From NCBI GenBank assembly GCA_963785725.1, contig CAWAWS010000015.1:224001-288000 (forward strand): 64,000 bases of DNA. Reading direction: 5' to 3'. The notes under the pieces are model-generated. The model had not been told where the DNA came from and did not search any database. It saw only the letters and a program-made list of their open reading frames with translations. Shown in pieces: positions 8,742-19,011 of this stretch (positions are counted from its first letter, which is position 1; the number at the start of each line of letters is the position of its first letter). The DNA comes from an uncultured delta proteobacterium (lineage in GTDB: Bacteria; Myxococcota_A; Polyangia; Palsa-1104). Position numbers and translations under genes: made by a program.

Positions 8742-9932
8742 ATGACGATTCGGACTTATGGCAGATCGAGCCTATTGGCTTTGGCGGCGCTGGTCGCCGG
8801 CTGCGGCGGTGACGATACGACGAGCAAGGTCAAGGCGCAGACGCCGCTCGTGCTGCAGAACTACGCGACCAACTTGTATCAGGCCTACTCCGACGCGGTG
8901 ACGGACGAGCAGAGCTTCTCGACGCAGGTGGACGCCTTCGTGGCGGCGCCGACCGAGGATTCGCTGGCGAGCCTGCGCACGGCGTGGCTGGCGTCGCGCG
9001 CGCACTACATGCTGAGCGAGGGCGCGCGCTTCATCGACGGCCCCATCGACGGCCCTCCGCAGAACTACGAAGCGATGATGAACTCGTGGCCGCTCGACGA
9101 GGCCTACGTCGACTACATGACCGATCCGACGACCGGCGTCATCGACGACACGCAGGGCCTCGTCAACCATCCCGACGTGCTGCCGGACGTCACCAGCGAC
9201 GCCATCGACGCGCTCAACGCGCAGGGCGGCGACGACAACATCTCCGACGGCTATCACGCGCAGGAGTTCCTGCTGTGGGGCCAGGCGCTCATGCCGGTCG
9301 GTCCGGGCCAGCGTCCGGCGAGCGACTACCAGACGGGCGGACCGCGCCCCAACGTCGCGCGTCGCGCGGCCTATTTGCAGGCGGTCACCGCCGGGCTGGT
9401 CGCGCACTTGACGGCCGTGCGTGACGCGTGGGCGCCGGGCGCGACCTATCGTACGCAGTTCGTCGCCGGCGGGTTGCCGTCGGTGGCGTTGGCGCTGACC
9501 GGCCTCGGCAAGATGTCGAAGGGCGAGCTCGCCGGCGAGCGCATCAACGCGCCTTACACGTCGAAGTCGCGCCGCGATCAGCACGACTGCTTCTCGAGCG
9601 ACACGCTCGTCGACTACACGCGCGACGCGCAGGGCCTCTTGAACATCTTCACCGGCGTCTACGGCAGCAACTCCGGCCCCGGCTTCGACACGCTCATCGC
9701 CATCAAGGACCAGGCCGTTTCGGCGGCGTTGTTGGCGCAGGTGCAGGCGGGTCTGGCGGCGGTGCAGGCGATTCCGCCGCCGTTCGAGCAGGCCATCTTG
9801 GGTGACGACAGCGATCCGGGCCGCACGGCGGTCCTGGCGGCCGTCAACGCGCTGCGCGCGCAGGGCGACGGCTTCGCGACCGGCGCGCAGGCGCTCGGGC
9901 TGACCATCGTCGTCCCCACTTCGAACGATTAG
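8742..9932 (+). CDS. Imelysin-family lipoprotein (IrpA/IcmP-like)
   Basis: Lipobox LVAGC; motifs NSWPLDEAYVDY, GYHAQEFLLWGQ (GxHxxE), GELAGERI, HDCFS. Confidence 0.9.
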   Translation: MTIRTYGRSSLLALAALVAGCGGDDTTSKVKAQTPLVLQNYATNLYQAYSDAVTDEQSFSTQVDAFVAAPTEDSLASLRTAWLASRAHYMLSEGARFIDGPIDGPPQNYEAMMNSWPLDEAYVDYMTDPTTGVIDDTQGLVNHPDVLPDVTSDAIDALNAQGGDDNISDGYHAQEFLLWGQALMPVGPGQRPASDYQTGGPRPNVARRAAYLQAVTAGLVAHLTAVRDAWAPGATYRTQFVAGGLPSVALALTGLGKMSKGELAGERINAPYTSKSRRDQHDCFSSDTLVDYTRDAQGLLNIFTGVYGSNSGPGFDTLIAIKDQAVSAALLAQVQAGLAAVQAIPPPFEQAILGDDSDPGRTAVLAAVNALRAQGDGFATGAQALGLTIVVPTSND

Positions 9933-9934
9933 TC

Positions 9935-11301
9935 ATGCGTAGTCGCTGGGCCACGATTCTCTGCATGTTGAGCGCGACCGCGGGTTGCGGCGGGGTGCAT
10001 TCCGCCGACCCGCTGTCGGGCGGCGCGACCACCGTGTTCGACGCCACCGACGGCGCATACGCCAATCCGGCGCCCGAACCTCACCGACACCGATCTCAAC
10101 GCCTTCAACCTCGGCCACACCGTCTTCGACGGCAACTGGGTCACGGCGCCGGCGACGACGAGCGACATGGACGGGCTCGGACCGCTCTACAATCAGCGGT
10201 CGTGCTCGGCGCTGTCACTCGCACGACGGCCGCTCCAAGCCCTTCGACACCACCGGCGCTCTCCTCGGCATGCTCTATCGCCTCAGCATCCCCGGCGCCG
10301 ACGTCAACGGCGGGCCGCTCGGCGACGCCGTCTACGGCGGGCAGCTGCGGCCTTACGGCATCCTCGGCGTACCCGGCGACGGTACGCCCGTCGTCGCCTA
10401 TAGCCCGGTGCCGGGCCAGTTCGGCGATCGCACGACCTACGAGCTGCAGAAGCCGGCGTACAGCGTCACCGCTTGGAATTACGGGCCGCCCGACGCGTCG
10501 CTGATGATGTCGGCGCGGACCGGGCCGGCGGTCTTCGGCTTGGGACTGCTCGAGGCGATCTCGGAGAGCGACATCCTCGCCAACATCAAGACCAACGATC
10601 CCGACGGCGTCGTCGGCAAAGCCAACTACGTGTGGGATCAGGCCAGCGGCACGACGAAGCTCGGACGCTTCGGCTGGAAGGCCAATCAGCCGTCGGTGAG
10701 CCAGCAGACGCAGGGCGCGCTCAACGGCGACATCGGCATCACGTCGGCGCTCTATCCCGACGAGACCTGCACGCCGACGATGACGGCGTGCAACGCGGCG
10801 ACGCGCGGTCCGCAGCCGGACATCGTCGACCCGCGCTTGAGCAGCCTCATCCTCTACATGCAGACGCTGGCGGTGCCGGCGCGGCGCAGCTTGACCGACG
10901 AGACGGCGCTGCACGGCGAGAAGCTGTTCGCCGAGTTCGGCTGCGCCTCCTGCCACGTGCCGACGTTCGTGACCGGGACGCTCGCCGGTTTGCCGGAAGT
11001 GTCGGGCCAGACGATCCATCCGTACACCGACCTGCTGTTGCACGACATGGGTCCCGATCTCGCCGACAATCGCCCCGACTATCTCGCCTCGGGCACGGAG
11101 TGGCGCACGACGCCGCTGTGGGGCATCGGCCTTCTGCAGCAGGTCAACGGCCACGATCTGCTGCTCCACGATGCGCGTGCGCGTGGTATCAGCGAGGCCA
11201 TCTTGTGGCACGGCGGCGAGGCGCTGGCGGCGAAAGAGCGTTTTCGCCTGGCCACGCTCGCCGATCGCAATGCCCTCTTAGCCTTCCTCAATTCGTTGTA
11301 G
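9935..11301 (+). CDS. Di-heme oxidoreductase family (DHOR) lipoprotein; 2 frameshifts
   Basis: Reconstructed across +1 frameshifts near 10075 and 10212. Motifs DGLGPLYNQRSCSACH, GRFGWKA, CASCH, YTDLLLHDMG, WRTTPLWGIG, LHDARA. Confidence 0.85.
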
Positions 11302-11312
11302 TGGAGCACCCG

Positions 11313-12401
11313 ATGTCGATTCGATCGCTCGCGATCCTGGTCGCTGCCTCTCTCTCGTTCGCTGCCTGCAACGACACCGGCACGCAGACGGCCGACTACG
11401 GGCCGCTCTTGGCGCAGCTCATGACGGTGGCCGTGCCCGAGCACGCCGACTTCGCCGCGCAATCGGCCTCGCTCGACACGGCGGCGATGGCGCTCGAAGC
11501 CAACCCCGGCATGCCCACGCTGATGGCGGCGCAGGCGCAGTGGCGCGTGGCGCGCGCGGCCTTGCGTAAGCTGGACGCGCTGCACTTCGGGCCCATCTCG
11601 ACGCTGGGCATCGGCGATCGCATCGACGCCTCGCCCGCCGACGACAGCGCCATCGACGCCGTCGTCGCCGGCACGCAGACGATCGACGCGACGCTCATCG
11701 GCAGCACGCTCGGCGATACGTCCAAGGGCTTCTTGGGCGTCGAGTATCTGCTGTTCTCGGCCGACGGCACGACCGCGGCGCTGGCGCGGCTCTCCGGCAG
11801 CGATGTCGCGTCGTCGCGGCGGCGAACGCTCTTGCGCGCCATGTGCGACGAGATCGCCGCGTCGGCGCAGCAGCTGTCGACCGCGTGGGATCCGACGACC
11901 GGCTACGCGCACCAGATCACGACGGCGGGCGCCGGCTCGACGGTCTACTTGCGGCAGCGCGGTGCGCTCGACGACCTCGTGGGCGGCAGCGCCTACGCGC
12001 TCGAGCTCGTCGTCGGCATTCGCTTGGCGATGCCGCTCGGCCTCAAGTCCGCCAACGGCATGCCCGACGCGTCGCTCGATCCGACGACGGCCAGCGACAG
12101 CGCCGTCGCCGACATGAACGCGTCGCTGGCCGGCACGCTGGCGATGTGGTCGGGGCAGGGCTTCAACGCGCAGGTGCTGTCGTCGAGCCCGTCGCTCGAC
12201 AGCCAGGCCGTGACGCAGCAGACGGCTTGTGATACGAGCGTGGCGGCGATTCCGTCGCCCTTCGCGTCGGCGGTCGTCAACCAGACTGCGACGGTGATGG
12301 CGGCCTACGAAGCCTGCAAGACGTGGAAAGACACTTGGAACATGGAGCTGACGAGCGCTCTGGGCGCATCTCTGCAGGTGCTCGACAACGACGGTGACTA
12401 G
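11313..12401 (+). CDS. Second imelysin-family lipoprotein
   Basis: Lipobox FAAC; AQAQWR..., KGFLGVEYLLF, C-terminal DNDGD. Its position after DHOR is the usual one for this family. Confidence 0.8.
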   Translation: MSIRSLAILVAASLSFAACNDTGTQTADYGPLLAQLMTVAVPEHADFAAQSASLDTAAMALEANPGMPTLMAAQAQWRVARAALRKLDALHFGPISTLGIGDRIDASPADDSAIDAVVAGTQTIDATLIGSTLGDTSKGFLGVEYLLFSADGTTAALARLSGSDVASSRRRTLLRAMCDEIAASAQQLSTAWDPTTGYAHQITTAGAGSTVYLRQRGALDDLVGGSAYALELVVGIRLAMPLGLKSANGMPDASLDPTTASDSAVADMNASLAGTLAMWSGQGFNAQVLSSSPSLDSQAVTQQTACDTSVAAIPSPFASAVVNQTATVMAAYEACKTWKDTWNMELTSALGASLQVLDNDGD

Positions 12402-14679
12402 CCTTCGGCCTTCTCATACCGCTTGCTTGATTGCGCTCGTGGTTTCGCTGCCGGTCGCCGCTTCGGCGCAGCCGGCCGCGCCTGCGTCGGCGGTCGACTC
12501 GACCGCGCCGGCGACCGCCGCGCCGGCGCCGGCCGCGGCTGCGCCCAATGCAGCGGACGCGCCTGCGACGACGACGACGCCGCCGACGACGACTGACGCG
12601 ACCGCCATTCCGCTCGCGCCCGACGCCAAAGTGCGCAGCTATTCGTCGACGGTGCACGCCGACAAGGGCGACACCTTGCGCCGCGCGTCCGGCTCGAAGA
12701 CGGTCATCACGCAAGACGACATCGCCAAAGCGCAGCCGGAGAGCGCGAGCGAGATGCTGGCGCGCGTGCCCGGCTTGCAAGTGCGCCAAGAGGATCAGAG
12801 CGGCTTTCGCCTGAACTTGGGCGTGCGCGGCCTGTCGCCCGAGCGCAGCCGCCTCGTGCTCGTCGAGGAGGACGGCGTGCCCGTCGTCGTCAGCCCCTAC
12901 GGCGAGCCCGAGCTCTACTACATGACCTCGGTCGAGCGCATTCAGTCGATGGACGTCATCAAAGGTAGCGACGTCCTGCGTTATGGGCCGCAAACGGTCG
13001 GCGCCGTCATTCAGCTGCACACGTGGGAGCCGACGCCCGAGCAGTCGTGGTTCACGTCGGTCACCGGCGGACAGCGCGGCTACTTCGAGGTCGTGGCGCG
13101 CGACTCGGGCACGCTGGCGAACGGCGTCGGCTACGTCGCGCAGGCCTATTACAAGCGCGGCGACGGCTATCGCGCCATGGGTTTTCAGGCCGGCGACGTC
13201 TTCGGCAAGCTGCGCATTCCGACGGGGCCCAACGGCGAATTCCACTTCAAGCTCGCCTTCCATGACGACCTGACGAACACGACCTACACCGGCCTGACCG
13301 ACACGATGTATCAGCAGAACCCGCGGCAAAACACCATCGCGCCCAACGATCACTTCGGCATCCAGCGCGTCGAAGTCTCGCTCACGCACGACCAGCGCTG
13401 GGGCCGCAACACCAAGCTGCATACGGCGCTGTTCTTCTACCAAATGAACCTCGATCTGCGGCTGCAGGACTTCGATCGCCAAGAGCAGCCCGACGTCCAA
13501 TACGACACCGCGATGAATCACCCGGGCGACGGGCTCTACTTTCGCAACACGACGTCGCTGCGCAATCGCGTCTACGACGTCGGCGGCGTCTCGGCCGAGC
13601 TCGAGCAGCGCTTCGACTTGGGGCCGCTCAAGAACAAGCTGACCGTCGGCACGCGCATGATGTACGACGCCGCGCGCCGCCAGTTGTCGAGCGGCATGTT
13701 CCCGACCGCCGACTCGGGCGACCTCTTGACCGACGACACGACGCAGATCTTCGGCCTCTCGGGCTGGATCGAGGACCAAATCAGCATGGGCGACTGGGTG
13801 CTGGTGACGCCCGCGTTCCGCTTCGAGTACTCGCACACGACGTACACCGCCCACCGCATCGACAACGCGCCGGCGCCGCCGCAGGACGTCGACCTCACGA
13901 GCTACACGAGCGCCCACGGCACCATGCCCGGCATCGGCATCGTCGTCGGCAAGCCGGCGCTCAACGTCTTCACCAGCTTTTACTTGGGCTACTCCGGTCC
14001 ACGCGTCAGCCAAGCCATCACCCCCGACGGCCACGACACCAACTTGCCGTCGGAGCACTCGAGCAACTACGAGCTCGGCCTGCGCGGTCGCTTCGGCAGC
14101 TGGCTGCGCGCCGAGGGCGACTTCTTCTTCGTCAACTTCGACAACCAGCTCATCTCCAACAACCCGCTGAGCGGCTCCGACTCCGAGTTCGTCGACGGCG
14201 GTCGCACGCAGCACGTCGGCGCCGAGGCCACGGCGACCATCCGCTTCGGCCGCGCCTTGCAGCTGCCGCTCGACATCGACTTGGGCGGCACCTACACGTT
14301 CGTGCACTCGCGCTTCGTCGGCGGCTCGTTCAACGGCAAGACGGTGCCGTATTCGCCCGACAACACCGCCGTCTTGACGCTCGATCTCATGCACCGGATC
14401 GGCGTCGGCGCGCAGATCGCCTTCTCGTACGTCGGCGCGCAGTTCTCCGACGAGCAGAACACGATCGAGCCCGGCCCCACCGGCCTCGACGGCATCATCC
14501 CGGCCTACACGACGCTCGACGTCACGGCCCGCTATCACAACGCGCGCACCGGCCTCGGCCTGGCGGTGTCGATGAAGAACGCGCTCGACCGCGTCTACAT
14601 CTCCGATCGCCTGCCCAACGGCATCTTCACGGCCGGCTTCCGCCAGATCTTCGCGACGCTGTCGTGGTCGCGCGACTGA
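12394..14679 (+). CDS. TonB-dependent receptor (FecA-like)
   Basis: Signal peptide; plug motifs RVPGLQV, GVRGL, LVEEDGVP, DVIKGSDVLRYGPQTVGAVI; C-terminal barrel NALDRVY. Confidence 0.9.
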   Translation: MTSLRPSHTACLIALVVSLPVAASAQPAAPASAVDSTAPATAAPAPAAAAPNAADAPATTTTPPTTTDATAIPLAPDAKVRSYSSTVHADKGDTLRRASGSKTVITQDDIAKAQPESASEMLARVPGLQVRQEDQSGFRLNLGVRGLSPERSRLVLVEEDGVPVVVSPYGEPELYYMTSVERIQSMDVIKGSDVLRYGPQTVGAVIQLHTWEPTPEQSWFTSVTGGQRGYFEVVARDSGTLANGVGYVAQAYYKRGDGYRAMGFQAGDVFGKLRIPTGPNGEFHFKLAFHDDLTNTTYTGLTDTMYQQNPRQNTIAPNDHFGIQRVEVSLTHDQRWGRNTKLHTALFFYQMNLDLRLQDFDRQEQPDVQYDTAMNHPGDGLYFRNTTSLRNRVYDVGGVSAELEQRFDLGPLKNKLTVGTRMMYDAARRQLSSGMFPTADSGDLLTDDTTQIFGLSGWIEDQISMGDWVLVTPAFRFEYSHTTYTAHRIDNAPAPPQDVDLTSYTSAHGTMPGIGIVVGKPALNVFTSFYLGYSGPRVSQAITPDGHDTNLPSEHSSNYELGLRGRFGSWLRAEGDFFFVNFDNQLISNNPLSGSDSEFVDGGRTQHVGAEATATIRFGRALQLPLDIDLGGTYTFVHSRFVGGSFNGKTVPYSPDNTAVLTLDLMHRIGVGAQIAFSYVGAQFSDEQNTIEPGPTGLDGIIPAYTTLDVTARYHNARTGLGLAVSMKNALDRVYISDRLPNGIFTAGFRQIFATLSWSRD

Positions 14680-16001
14680 GAGCGGCCGTCGATCGTTCGC
14701 TCGGGCGGCCCATCGACGGCGCGTCGCTCGCCGTCTTTCGCGTCCTGTTCGGCGCGCTCATGGTCATCGCCGGCGCCCGCTTCTTCACGCACGGCTGGAT
14801 CGCCAGCGACTACCGCGCCGCCCGCGTGTTCCTGCCGTATTGGGGCCTCGGCTTCATTCGCCCGTGGCCCGGCGACGGCATGTACGTCCACTACGCGGTC
14901 ATGATCGCCGCCGCGCTCGCGGTCGCCGTCGGCCTCTTTTACCGCGCGGCGACGATCGTGTTCGCGTTCACGTTCACGTGGGCGCACCTGTGCGATCGCG
15001 CCAACTACCTCAACCACTACTATTTGGTGAGCCTGGTCGCGCTCATCCTCGTGTTCCTGCCGCTCGATCGCCAGCTGTCGCTGCGCGTGTGGCTGTGGCC
15101 GGCCGATCGGCGCTCGCAGCTGCGCGCGTGGATGCTCTATCTCCTGCGCTTTCAATTCGGCCTCGTCTGGTGCTTCGGCGGCATCGCCAAGATCGGCAGC
15201 GACTGGGTCTTGCGCGGCGAGCCCTTGCGCATCTGGCTCGCCGCCGACGCCGACTTGCCGATCTTGCGCCACCTCGTCCGCTGGCATGCGCTGCCGTACC
15301 TGTTCAGCTGGGGCGGCTTGGCCTTCGACCTGTCGATCGTGCCGCTGTTGTCGTGGGAAAAGACGCGCAAGCTGGCGTTCGTCGTCGCCGTCGTCTTCCA
15401 CGTGCTGACGGCGGAGCTGTTCCCCATCGGCCTGTTCCCGTGGATCATGCTCGCCGGCGCGACGCTCTTCTTCGCGCCGACGTGGCCGCGGCGTTGGCTC
15501 GGCGCCGCGCGTGATGCCGAGGTCGCCGGCGGCGAGCTCGGTCGCGTGAGCGTGGCGGCGCTGGCGGTCTACGCGTTCGTGCAGCTCGTCGTGCCGCTGC
15601 GCCACTTCGCCTATCCCGGCAACACGCTGTGGACCGAGGAGGGCTTTCGCTTCGCCTGGCGCGTCATGCTGATCGAGAAGAGCGGGCAGTGCGAATTCAC
15701 CGTCGTCGACGAACGCAACCGGCGGACGCTGGTGACGCCGCGCGACTATCTGACCTACGTGCAGGCGCGGATGACCTGCACGCAGCCGGACCTGATCTTG
15801 GCGCTCGCCCACATCATCGCCGACGATTTCGCGCGCCGCGGTCGCGGGCCGGTGCGCGTCTACGCCGACGCGCCGGTGTCGTGGAACGGCCGCTCGCGCG
15901 CGCCGATGATCGATCCGCGCGTCGATTTGGCGCACGAAGAGGACGGCTTTGACGCCAAGCGCTGGATCCTGCCGGCGCCGACGACGCCGCCGCGCTTCTA
16001 G
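14664..16001 (+). CDS. HTTM-domain protein (vitamin K-dependent gamma-carboxylase-like)
   Basis: Multi-pass membrane protein with motifs LAVFRVLFG, YLNHYYL, GIAKIGSDW, IGLFPWIM, WTEEGFRFAWRVMLIEK, QPDLI. Start codon uncertain. Confidence 0.85.
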   Translation: MVARLRAAVDRSLGRPIDGASLAVFRVLFGALMVIAGARFFTHGWIASDYRAARVFLPYWGLGFIRPWPGDGMYVHYAVMIAAALAVAVGLFYRAATIVFAFTFTWAHLCDRANYLNHYYLVSLVALILVFLPLDRQLSLRVWLWPADRRSQLRAWMLYLLRFQFGLVWCFGGIAKIGSDWVLRGEPLRIWLAADADLPILRHLVRWHALPYLFSWGGLAFDLSIVPLLSWEKTRKLAFVVAVVFHVLTAELFPIGLFPWIMLAGATLFFAPTWPRRWLGAARDAEVAGGELGRVSVAALAVYAFVQLVVPLRHFAYPGNTLWTEEGFRFAWRVMLIEKSGQCEFTVVDERNRRTLVTPRDYLTYVQARMTCTQPDLILALAHIIADDFARRGRGPVRVYADAPVSWNGRSRAPMIDPRVDLAHEEDGFDAKRWILPAPTTPPRF

Positions 16002-16003
16002 GC

Positions 16004-17608
16004 TTACGGCATCGGCATCGACGTCGTCGACGGCGCGCCCGGCAGCGCGGGCCAGCCGTTGTTCCACACGATGCGATCGTCGAGGAGCACGCGCGTGTCG
16101 CCGGGGCCGTTGACGTGACCCGCGATCCAGGCGTGATAGACCATGTAGGCGTCGCCGCCGGGACCGTCGGTGACCGAGCAGTGGCCGGGCCCAATCCAGG
16201 CGGCGTTGCTGACGACGATGGGCGCCGTCGCTTTCGTGTACGGCCCGAGCGGCGACGCGGCGCGCGCGACGCCGACGGCATAGCTGGCGTTGGCGTACGA
16301 GTTCCCGCTGTAAAACAGGTAGTAGCTGCCGCCGTGCGCGTAGAGCCACGGGCCTTCGGTGACGGCGCCTTCCCACGCTTGATCGTTCGTGATCAGCGTC
16401 GACGCGGTGCCGGTCAGGGCGAGGCCGTTGGCGGCGAGCGGCTGGCCGTGAATCGGCGTCGGCTTGCCGACGGCGTTGCCGTCCTCTTTCCAGAGCAGAT
16501 AGATGGCGCCGTTGCTGTCCTGAAACTCGGTGGCGTCGATGAGGCCCATCGCCGGGTCGTGCACGAGCGGCGCGCCCGAGTCGACGAACGGCCCCGTCGG
16601 GCTCGTCGCCGACGCGGCGCCGATGCTGAGCATGCCGTCGCTGTTGCGGGCGGTGAAGTAGGCGACCCAGCCGGCGCCGACCTTGTGAATCTCGGGCGCC
16701 CAGAAGTCGCCCGTCGCCCATTTGGGCTTCTGCGCCGACGGGAAGATGGGGCCGATCGACGTCCAGTTGACCAGGTCGGGTGAGCTGTAGATGGGGAAGG
16801 CGTCGCCGGCGTCGCCGGACGTGCAGGCGACGAGGTAGCGATTGCCGTCGTGGAGCACGCCCGGATCGGCGCAGCCCGACGGTAGCACCGAGTTGACGTA
16901 GAGCCCGCCGCACTGCGTGTAGTCGAGCGAGAGGTCGCAGGCGGCGGCGCCGGTGAACGTCGGCGTCCAGCCGTTCGACAGCGTGGCCGTCGACTGCGCG
17001 CCCGACGTGGCGCAGGCGCGATCCCAGGTGACGCGGCCGGCGACGTCGTCGTAGCGGTTGGTGTGCCCGGCGGGCGCGGACCAGGCGGGGCCGTAGCTGA
17101 TGCGCGTGGCGCAGGTCGTCGGCGCGCCGGCGCAGCCCGTTTGATCGAGGGCCATGACGCAGCCGCCGTGGCCGTTGAAGTAGGGCTTCCAGCCGTTCGA
17201 CAGCGTGGCGTAGGAGTTGGCGCCGTCGATGGTGCAGACGCCGTCCCAGGTGACGCTGCCGGAGACGATGTCGTACGTGTTCGGATGCGACGCGGGCGCG
17301 ATCCAGGCGTTGCCGTAGGTGATGCGCGTCGTGCAGCTGCTCGCGCCGACGGCGAGGTCGCCGACGCCGCCGAGGTCGACGACGCCGACGACGCCGCCGT
17401 CGTTGCCGACCGCGCCGTCGCTGCTCGGCGTCGACGCGAGGTCGGCGCCGCTCGGTGTCGACGCGAGGTCGGCGCTATTGACGACGGTCAAGTCGTTCAC
17501 GCTGACGCTGGCGTCGTTCGTGGTCTTGCTGGTGCTGTCATCGCCGCAGCCAACGGCGCCGATGGTCAACGAAGACAGCGCGACGAGAGCCAAGATCGAG
17601 TGGTTCAC
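16004..17608 (-). CDS. Glycoside hydrolase family 43 lipoprotein with duplicated Cys-rich N-terminal module
   Basis: Lipobox AVGC; GH43 motifs CADPGV, WAPE, IDA, EGPW, GPGH; two copies of CxTRIxYGxAW...VTWDxxC...ATLSNGW. Confidence 0.85.
   Translation of the reverse strand: MNHSILALVALSSLTIGAVGCGDDSTSKTTNDASVSVNDLTVVNSADLASTPSGADLASTPSSDGAVGNDGGVVGVVDLGGVGDLAVGASSCTTRITYGNAWIAPASHPNTYDIVSGSVTWDGVCTIDGANSYATLSNGWKPYFNGHGGCVMALDQTGCAGAPTTCATRISYGPAWSAPAGHTNRYDDVAGRVTWDRACATSGAQSTATLSNGWTPTFTGAAACDLSLDYTQCGGLYVNSVLPSGCADPGVLHDGNRYLVACTSGDAGDAFPIYSSPDLVNWTSIGPIFPSAQKPKWATGDFWAPEIHKVGAGWVAYFTARNSDGMLSIGAASATSPTGPFVDSGAPLVHDPAMGLIDATEFQDSNGAIYLLWKEDGNAVGKPTPIHGQPLAANGLALTGTASTLITNDQAWEGAVTEGPWLYAHGGSYYLFYSGNSYANASYAVGVARAASPLGPYTKATAPIVVSNAAWIGPGHCSVTDGPGGDAYMVYHAWIAGHVNGPGDTRVLLDDRIVWNNGWPALPGAPSTTSMPMP
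17423..17475. repeat. 27-bp intragenic tandem repeat (ADLASTPS x2)
   Basis: GCTCGGYGTCGACGCGAGGTCGGCGC repeated with period 27 in the GH43 linker. Confidence 0.8.
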
Positions 17609-17695
17609 GCGCCGCGAAAATAGCACGCGCGTTCGCTGCCGAGGCAGCCATCGACGCCGAAAATGCCCTAAATCGTCGTCTCATTTGCGAGACAG

Positions 17696-18307
17696 CTACG
17701 TGCCCTCTTCGAGCCACTTGCGCAGCGCGGGGACGACCGTGCGCGCCCACGTCGGCCGCGTGCGCTCGCCGAGGAACTGACGAAACGCCAGCTCCAACGC
17801 CGCGTCCAAGCTGCCGAGCAGCATGAGTCGCTCGTCGGCGCGATCGTCGTCCTCTTCGGTCAACAGCGCCGGAATTTGCACGCGCTTGAGATCGAAATAC
17901 TCGGCCGACAGCACGAACATGTAGCCGCGCTCCTCGTCACCGGCGACGAACAGCTGCAGCTCGGCCTCTTTGACCGCGAGGCCGCCGGCGAGCGCGTAGC
18001 GAATGTCGGGGCTGACGCCGGGCGAGGCGCCCTTCAACACCATGTCGCTGACGGCGCCGTCGCCGGCGTGCAAGCTCAAGCGGCCGCCGAACTGGATCGA
18101 GAAGTCGGGGACGTCACCTTCGCCGGCGAACGTGCCGCCTTGCGTCTCGGCGTGCCACACGAGCCAGGTCAGGAACTCGCGCGCCAAGAACGCGTAATCC
18201 TCGCGATCGGCGCGCGCCGCGGTCTCGGCGGCGCTGGCGGTCGTCTCGCCCGAGTCGCGAATCTCGTCGGCCAGCGTCGGCTCTTTCGACTTGCGGCGCG
18301 TCGCCAT
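17696..18307 (-). CDS. Hypothetical protein partnered with RdgC-like gene
   Basis: 203 aa from MATRRK; LAREFLTWL motif; start overlaps the stop of the upstream gene. Confidence 0.75.
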   Translation of the reverse strand: MATRRKSKEPTLADEIRDSGETTASAAETAARADREDYAFLAREFLTWLVWHAETQGGTFAGEGDVPDFSIQFGGRLSLHAGDGAVSDMVLKGASPGVSPDIRYALAGGLAVKEAELQLFVAGDEERGYMFVLSAEYFDLKRVQIPALLTEEDDDRADERLMLLGSLDAALELAFRQFLGERTRPTWARTVVPALRKWLEEGT

Positions 18308-18966
18308 CAGCCGTCCTCCCGCGCCGTCGCCAACGGGCGCACGCCGGCAAAACCGAGCCACAGCTCCGGCGTCGGCTCGAGCTTCTTCAGCAGCTCGTCG
18401 GCGATCGCCGCGCGACTCCAGCGCGCCGGCCCTTCGACCTCGAGGCGCAGCCCGAACGAGCGCACGAACTGCTCGATGAACACTTGATTGATCGCCTTCG
18501 TTTGCGACCAAAAGTAGAGCCGCGACGTGTCCAGGTTCCAGACGACGTCGACCGTCTTCACTTTGGGGAAGCTGCGCTGACGCAAGGCGCGCGTGATCTC
18601 CTCTTTGAGCAGCGACTTCTCGCGGCGCGACAGCTTGCGCGCCTCGGCGGCTTCCATCGTCTGCACGCGCGTTTGCAGCTGGCGGCGCACTTCGGCCGGC
18701 GGCGGCTTCAGCACGTCGATGCGCAGGGTGACGCGCAGCTGCTCGCCGCCGGCGCCGACGAAGAAGAGCTTGTCGGCGCGTAAGTCGGCGTCGTCGTAGT
18801 CGTTCAGCGAGACCCAACCGAGCGAGCGATCGTGCTCGCCTTTGGGATCGAGCGGCGCGAACGCGTGCGCGCGGACGCCGCGCGCGAACTTGGCCCGCGC
18901 GTCGGCCGGCAAGGGGTCGAGGATTTTGTAGCGGCGAACGGAGATCGAACCTACGAGTGCGCCCAT
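18307..18966 (-). CDS. Recombination-associated RdgC-like protein
   Basis: GSISVRRY...AFAPLD...SLGWV...LRIDVLKPP...RKLSRREK...LKEEI...VVWN resembles the RdgC N-terminal region. Confidence 0.7.
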   Translation of the reverse strand: MGALVGSISVRRYKILDPLPADARAKFARGVRAHAFAPLDPKGEHDRSLGWVSLNDYDDADLRADKLFFVGAGGEQLRVTLRIDVLKPPPAEVRRQLQTRVQTMEAAEARKLSRREKSLLKEEITRALRQRSFPKVKTVDVVWNLDTSRLYFWSQTKAINQVFIEQFVRSFGLRLEVEGPARWSRAAIADELLKKLEPTPELWLGFAGVRPLATAREDG

Positions 18967-19011
18967 CGGGTCGCGGACGCTAGCCGAGCGCGACGATCGG
19001 CGCAAGCTCGG

